Both the position numbers and the translations under genes were made by a program. Under the pieces are notes generated by a model. That model ran no database searches and had not been told where the DNA came from. It was given only the letters and a program-made list of their open reading frames with translations. From NCBI GenBank assembly GCA_045110355.1, contig JBGCFZ010000282.1, positions 1 to 62,981 of the forward strand: a DNA stretch of 62,981 bases, read 5' to 3'. The first letter of the stretch is position 1. Each line of letters opens with the position of its first letter. Below are positions 57,869 to 62,981 of the stretch, one piece after another. The stretch is from Lewinella sp. Lineage in GTDB: Bacteria > Bacteroidota > Bacteroidia > Chitinophagales > Saprospiraceae.

Positions 57869-57921
57869 TCGATTGCCGGAAGTGAAAACGTATCTTTAGC
57901 CGTAACACATTCATTTCTTAC

Positions 57922-60900
57922 TTGCAGCCACTTATTCCTCCTTTTGTTCAACAACGATTGCTTGCCGGAGAACTCTCCGGTGAGATAGTTGGTTTTACAC
58001 TAAATATCGATTTGTCGGGGTTTACTCCGCTCACCGAATCCCTGATGAAGGAAGGCCCCGTAGGTGCCGAACGGTTGTCTCATATCCTTAATGAAATTTT
58101 TGAACCGTTGGTCTCCCTGGCATATCAACGTGGGGGCTTCATCCCCTACTTCGCTGGTGATGCTTTTACTGCGGTTTTTCCGGGAAAGTTAGATAGGCTA
58201 CACGCTATGCACCTACTGCATACCGCGGAACTTACCAGAGGGATTTTTCAAAAGAGAGGAAACGAATTCGGTGATGGCTACACTATTGGCGTCAAGGCAG
58301 GGTTGGCTGCCGGAGGGATCAGCTACGGTATCGTTGGTGAAGACCTACGGGCTTTTTATTTCAGAGGGAGTGCTATTGATCAGGCTGCTTATTGCCAAAT
58401 GCAAGCTAACGATCAGGATATCGTGATCGACGAGGTGATGCATAGCCTGTTGGAAGATCAGATTATTGTAGGTGAGGAGATTGCTCAGGGAGCCTACCTA
58501 GTGGTGGGAGATATTAGTAGTGCGGTCAATGACGTGCATTACCCTTCCTTAAAGCTACCTGAAATCAATCCGGAGATCGCTACTACTTTTCTGCCACCTG
58601 AGGTGGTCCGATATGACCAGACCGGCGAGTTTCGTACCGTTGTTTCAGCCTTTTTATCGTTTGATGAAATCAGAAGCCATGAGGATCTTAATGAGTTTTC
58701 AACGATAATCCTGAAACAGGTAAACGATTTTGGTGGCTATTTTAAAGAAGTGGACTACGGGGATAAAGGCTCTTTGATGGTGGTCTTTTTTGGGGCGCCA
58801 GTCTCTTATGAGAACAATGCGGTCAGAGCTTTAGAGTTCTCGCTTACGGTAAAGGCTGAACTGGATGCACTTCGGGATGAAACGGCCATGGATTTTCGTT
58901 ACCGGATTGGCCTGACGGTAGGCACCGCCTTTACGGGTTTCGTGGGAGGCAAAGAACGGGTACAATACGCTTGCGTAGGGAACCGGGTCAACCTGGCGGC
59001 ACGTATTATGAGTTCGGCAGACTGGCACGACATCCTGGTGGACGAAGAACTGGCCAAAGCGCCGCATTTTAGGTTTCAACTCAAAGGCGATATTCATTAT
59101 AAGGGGATTTTGGCATCTGTACCGACCTTTATGTTGCAGGGGCGCAGGCAATCCCTGGGCAAACCGAACTATGGGGGAGAACTGGTTGGCCGGAAAAAAG
59201 AGGTGGATGAATTACTTCATTTCGCACAACCCATATTTAGCGGGCAGACTGCCGGACTTGCTTATGTTTTGGGAGAAGCAGGCATTGGTAAAAGTCGGCT
59301 TACCCACGAGGTCCACCGGCAACTGAACCAGCAAGCCCCCGTAAATTGGCTGCTGGCCAGCTCGGATCAAATTCTGCGGAAGTCTTTTAATCCTTTTACT
59401 TACCTGCTGAAACGAATGTTTCGTCAGAGTCTTGACCTGGGGATTGCACAGAACCAACGGCGATTTCAATTTAGAATCAGCCAACTAAAACAAGGTCTGC
59501 GGCAGACCGGCAGAGAGGATGCCGAGGAAGTCATCACCGAGCTGGAAAGAACGGACTCCATCCTGGCTGCTCAGCTGGGTATTGCCCCTCCACGATCGCT
59601 TTGGACACAGCTGGATGCCCAGGGCCGGTACCTGAATACGATCGCTGCGGTAGTGAATCTATTGGTGGCAGAAGCAATGATTCAGCCTACCATATTAGAG
59701 TTGGAGGACATCCACTGGATCGACGATGACAGCATCACGGTTGTTCGGGAGTTGGTCCGCAAAACCAATAACCTGCCCTTTCTCATCATTGCGACTTCTA
59801 GGGCAGAGGACGATGGAACCTATTCCCGGCTAATCTCTGAAGAGGAACGGGAAAAGATTAACCTGAATACCCTATCGGTAGAGATTTCGGCGCTTGATGA
59901 ATCTGCCGTCCGTAAAATGGCAGAAATTACCCTTGGAGCAGTCATTGGTGATGATTGCCTGCTCACCTTACTCCGGGCCACGAACAGTAATCCTTTCTAC
60001 CTGGAACAGGTACTGGAGTACTTCCGGGAAAATGAACTATTAGTCGAGGATGAAGACGGTGTACTGAACCTGAGTGATGAAAGCATTAAACTGTCTACTA
60101 GTATAACCTCGATCCTGACGTCACGTATCGACCGGCTGTCTGACATGGTGCGGGAAACCGTAAAAGCGGCCGCAGTAATCGGCCGAGAATTCGACATCCC
60201 CGTCCTTTCTGAAGTCATCCGCGAAGATAGTGGCCTGGCAACAGCAGAAGAAGCCATGACGATGCTACGTGAACAGATCGATGTAGCGGAAAAAGGACAG
60301 ATTTGGAGCGCAATGAATGAGTTGCGATATATTTTCAGACACAGTCTTTTACGAGAGGCCGTGTACAGTATGCAACTAACCACAAGATTGCAACAACTGC
60401 ACCGGCAAATCGCGCAGGCCATCGAAAAGCTCTACGATGAGAGCATTGAAGAGCGCTACGTTGACCTGGCCTTCCACTACGAACAGGCCGGAGCTAAGGA
60501 ACAAACGGTTCAGTACCTGAGTAAGGCCGCCAACTACGCCCGGTCTAACTTCCAAAACCAGCAAGCACTGGACCTGTACGAGCGACTGATAGAAAAGTTT
60601 GTCAATCAGCCCGATCAGGAAGTAACGGTCAATACCCACATCAACCGGGCTAAAGTTCTGGAAATAATCGGCAGATGGGATGAGGCACAAATCGCCTATG
60701 AGCAAGCACAGCGAATTGCTAAGACCAGCCGGGATATCGTTCTGCTGGGGCGTACCAATAATCACCTCGGACGCCTGCACACCCTCAAGGGAGATTATGA
60801 AAAGGCCATGGAGTTTTTGCGTATTGCTGCCGGCCTGTTTGAGTCAGTTGATGACATCTTCGGGATTGCGAAGACCCACAGTAATATGGGGAACCTCTAT

Positions 60901-61974
60901 TTCCGGACTGCGCACTATCAGGACGCGCTGACCTACTACCGTAAGTCTTTGAACAACGGGTTCAGCGAAGCAGGAACCTCCAGCGCTGCAGAAACAATCA
61001 GCCATCTCGGCCTTACCTACATGAACCTGGGTAATTATGCAGAGGCGATCAGCGTGGTAAAGGAACAAATTCCCCGGCATCAGGAGAATCAGGATAATAT
61101 GGGGCTGGCTTCGCTTCATACCAACCTGGGGATCATTTACTTCGAGAGTGGAGATTACGAGAAATCAAAAGAACACCACTACGCAGGCTTGGAACTTGCG
61201 AAAGAACTGGGCAATAAACGCCTGCAGGCCATTGGGCTTGGAAGCTTGGGGAGTGTCTTCGAACGTGAGGGAGACTATGAAGCAGCGATTGAACACTTTA
61301 CTAAAGACCTGGTAATCTGCCAGGAATTAGGAGACCGGCAAGGTATTGCAGTAGTTGAAGGCCTGGTTGGGGATCTGAACAGCGTTATGGGCGATTTTAC
61401 GATCGCCATCCAGCACCTGGATCGTAGCCTCAGCATCAGCCGGGAACTTGGGTACCGTAAAGGTGTGGCCAAGGCGGTCAATACCCTCGGAGACATCTAT
61501 TACCTGCAAGGGCAGCACGACATTTCTCTGATGTACTATGACCAAGCCATAGAGATCGCCCGCAGCACGAATAACCGGCTTGTATTAGGTTCCAGCCTGG
61601 AGGAAAAAGCAAGGGTGCTATTGGCGGATGGTCAACTGGAAGCCCTGCGAGCAGTGGAAGCTGAAGCATTAGCGATTGCAGAGGAACTGGGTAATCCTGA
61701 TTTGTTAATCGGAGTTCGTCTCCTTCATGCCCTTGCACTGGCGGCCTACGATCCGGCAAATACGGAAGAAGCCCTTCGGCAGGTCGAAGAAGTCCAGGCA
61801 GAAAGTGATATTAGCTCGGAGTTATGCGCCGAGGCAAGCCTTACCCGCTTCCGGATAAGTGGAGGAATCGACGACGATGCGCGGAAAACGGCATTAGAAC
61901 ATTACGAAGCACTTTACGCCGAGACACCTAAGTTTGTGTACAATCATTATTTGTCCATCTTGAGGGAGGAATAG
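57922..61974 (+). CDS. Soluble-adenylyl-cyclase-like protein: tandem class III cyclase domains, STAND NTPase and TPRs
   Basis: IDLSGFT...FAGDA (C1); GDKG...FGAP..YEN...VNLAARIM (C2); GEAGIGKS Walker A; LEDIHW Walker B; many TPRs. Confidence 0.9.
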   Translation: MQPLIPPFVQQRLLAGELSGEIVGFTLNIDLSGFTPLTESLMKEGPVGAERLSHILNEIFEPLVSLAYQRGGFIPYFAGDAFTAVFPGKLDRLHAMHLLHTAELTRGIFQKRGNEFGDGYTIGVKAGLAAGGISYGIVGEDLRAFYFRGSAIDQAAYCQMQANDQDIVIDEVMHSLLEDQIIVGEEIAQGAYLVVGDISSAVNDVHYPSLKLPEINPEIATTFLPPEVVRYDQTGEFRTVVSAFLSFDEIRSHEDLNEFSTIILKQVNDFGGYFKEVDYGDKGSLMVVFFGAPVSYENNAVRALEFSLTVKAELDALRDETAMDFRYRIGLTVGTAFTGFVGGKERVQYACVGNRVNLAARIMSSADWHDILVDEELAKAPHFRFQLKGDIHYKGILASVPTFMLQGRRQSLGKPNYGGELVGRKKEVDELLHFAQPIFSGQTAGLAYVLGEAGIGKSRLTHEVHRQLNQQAPVNWLLASSDQILRKSFNPFTYLLKRMFRQSLDLGIAQNQRRFQFRISQLKQGLRQTGREDAEEVITELERTDSILAAQLGIAPPRSLWTQLDAQGRYLNTIAAVVNLLVAEAMIQPTILELEDIHWIDDDSITVVRELVRKTNNLPFLIIATSRAEDDGTYSRLISEEEREKINLNTLSVEISALDESAVRKMAEITLGAVIGDDCLLTLLRATNSNPFYLEQVLEYFRENELLVEDEDGVLNLSDESIKLSTSITSILTSRIDRLSDMVRETVKAAAVIGREFDIPVLSEVIREDSGLATAEEAMTMLREQIDVAEKGQIWSAMNELRYIFRHSLLREAVYSMQLTTRLQQLHRQIAQAIEKLYDESIEERYVDLAFHYEQAGAKEQTVQYLSKAANYARSNFQNQQALDLYERLIEKFVNQPDQEVTVNTHINRAKVLEIIGRWDEAQIAYEQAQRIAKTSRDIVLLGRTNNHLGRLHTLKGDYEKAMEFLRIAAGLFESVDDIFGIAKTHSNMGNLYFRTAHYQDALTYYRKSLNNGFSEAGTSSAAETISHLGLTYMNLGNYAEAISVVKEQIPRHQENQDNMGLASLHTNLGIIYFESGDYEKSKEHHYAGLELAKELGNKRLQAIGLGSLGSVFEREGDYEAAIEHFTKDLVICQELGDRQGIAVVEGLVGDLNSVMGDFTIAIQHLDRSLSISRELGYRKGVAKAVNTLGDIYYLQGQHDISLMYYDQAIEIARSTNNRLVLGSSLEEKARVLLADGQLEALRAVEAEALAIAEELGNPDLLIGVRLLHALALAAYDPANTEEALRQVEEVQAESDISSELCAEASLTRFRISGGIDDDARKTALEHYEALYAETPKFVYNHYLSILREE

Positions 61975-62044
61975 CCAGGCCGCAGGCCTGGTTTAGACAA
62001 AAATTCGCTCTACTCCTTTTCTTAGTAGGCGGGCTTCTCCTTTA

Positions 62045-62205
62045 ATAGAATGATAGGCTACCGAATGGGATTGCTTGCTTCGCTCGTAAATATGTCCTTA
62101 CTACGAATTCGGGTGCCTACGAACGAAGTGAGCTGCCTTATGCGGTAGCACTACCTACTATTTACTACCAAGGGCGTAGCCCATCTATAAAAGGCCGCAG
62201 GCCTT
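62045..62205. repeat. Family-2 hairpin element plus small GGCC-GCA-GGCC hairpin
   Basis: gctaccg...gcttgcttcgctcgta / tacgaacgaagtgagc...cggtagc. Confidence 0.78.
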
Positions 62206-62868
62206 TTAGCCCTGCCCCGTCATCCGCAGTGCCTCCGGCACAGGAATACGTACGCCGTTGTTTTTGGCAACAACGAAGGCTCCCGTAACGCCCATCACCT
62301 TGAGGCGATCGCGTAATTGAGCGGCGTTGGCGTAGGTGCGAAACTGGCTGACGACGACTTTCTGTACCCCATTTTGTTCTTGTAGTTCCAAGGCATTACC
62401 GGTGGATAGATCTGGGTTCACCGTGTTCTTGGCGTAGGCCCCTAGTTGGACCTGGAAGATGACACCAGCTACTACCGTTTGTTGGTCGGTGTCGAGCCGG
62501 TCACTTGTTGCACTAGCTGCTGCAGCTGTAGCACGAGCGTTGGCATCAGCCACCTGCTGACGCAGCTGGTCGTTTTCCATCTGTGCGTTGGTAAGGTTAG
62601 CCCGCAGGGCCGTGATGTCCTGGTTGGCAGTTCCACTCTGCGTACGGTATTCGTTGAGCTGCTGCCGGGTAGTGGCCAACTGACCCTCCGTTATTTCACA
62701 ACCCTCTACGAGTTGGCGCAGGGCATCGGGATTTTTCTTGTAAGTGGCTGCCAGGCTGGCCCAATCACGGGCACCATCGGGCGAGGTCGCAGCAGCAGTT
62801 GTCTTTTTAGCACAACTGGAAACAGCCAGCAGTAAGGCAAGAGAGAGTAGAAGCGTTAGTTTTTGCAT
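62206..62868 (-). CDS. Coiled-coil lipoprotein with C-terminal SPOR-like domain
   Basis: Lipobox VSSC; heptad region; FQVQLGAY...F..Y..A......MGVTGAFVVA..NG.RI. Confidence 0.78.
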   Translation of the reverse strand: MQKLTLLLSLALLLAVSSCAKKTTAAATSPDGARDWASLAATYKKNPDALRQLVEGCEITEGQLATTRQQLNEYRTQSGTANQDITALRANLTNAQMENDQLRQQVADANARATAAAASATSDRLDTDQQTVVAGVIFQVQLGAYAKNTVNPDLSTGNALELQEQNGVQKVVVSQFRTYANAAQLRDRLKVMGVTGAFVVAKNNGVRIPVPEALRMTGQG

Positions 62869-62960
62869 GGTGGTATGGGTTGTTGAAACACTAAAGCTAA
62901 TACACATTTTTCAACGGGAGGTTGGGAGCATGTCAGACATTGCTTGTTAAAAAACTGATT

Positions 62961-62980
62961 TTGCATCCTGCGGCCGCGCC
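62961..62980 (-). repeat. Family-1 repeat variant at the window end
   Basis: ttgcatcctgcggccgcgcc. Confidence 0.7.
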
Positions 62981-62981
62981 T

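Noticed and set aside
575-62980. Family-1 repeat as a CRISPR array
   Set aside because: Copies are dispersed and inverted, not regularly spaced direct repeats; no cas genes

Overview
Bacteroidota chromosomal segment, judged from TAnnTTTG promoter boxes, SD-less starts and T9SS C-terminal domains; a Saprospirales/Lewinella-like source is an inference. It is mostly housekeeping: cysQ, ogt, eukaryote-type citrate synthase, gcvH-vanZ-tonB, kptA, aroA, corA, accA, dapA, rimP-nusA-infB, dtd, truA-like, iscA-like, thioredoxin, fabH. It also has two large T9SS cargo proteins, two fasciclin lipoproteins and an sAC-like cyclase-STAND-TPR protein. The most unusual locus is a minus-strand array of five divergent tRNA genes (CAU, Ile-GAU, Lys-UUU, Asp-GUC, Asn-GUU; 46757-47658). 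It is preceded by an unannotated 21-codon leader ORF enriched in the codons those tRNAs read, overlapping hairpins, a C-rich tract and a hairpin antisense to the first tRNA's anticodon arm. I read this as a candidate translation-sensing (attenuated) back-up tRNA operon. The window also holds about 17 copies of a REP-like 18-20 bp repeat (GGCGCGGCCGCAGGTGCA), often as inverted pairs and in two cases in-frame inside genes, a second hairpin repeat family, and several inverted 7/8-mer arrays. All calls come from manual reading; no searches were run.
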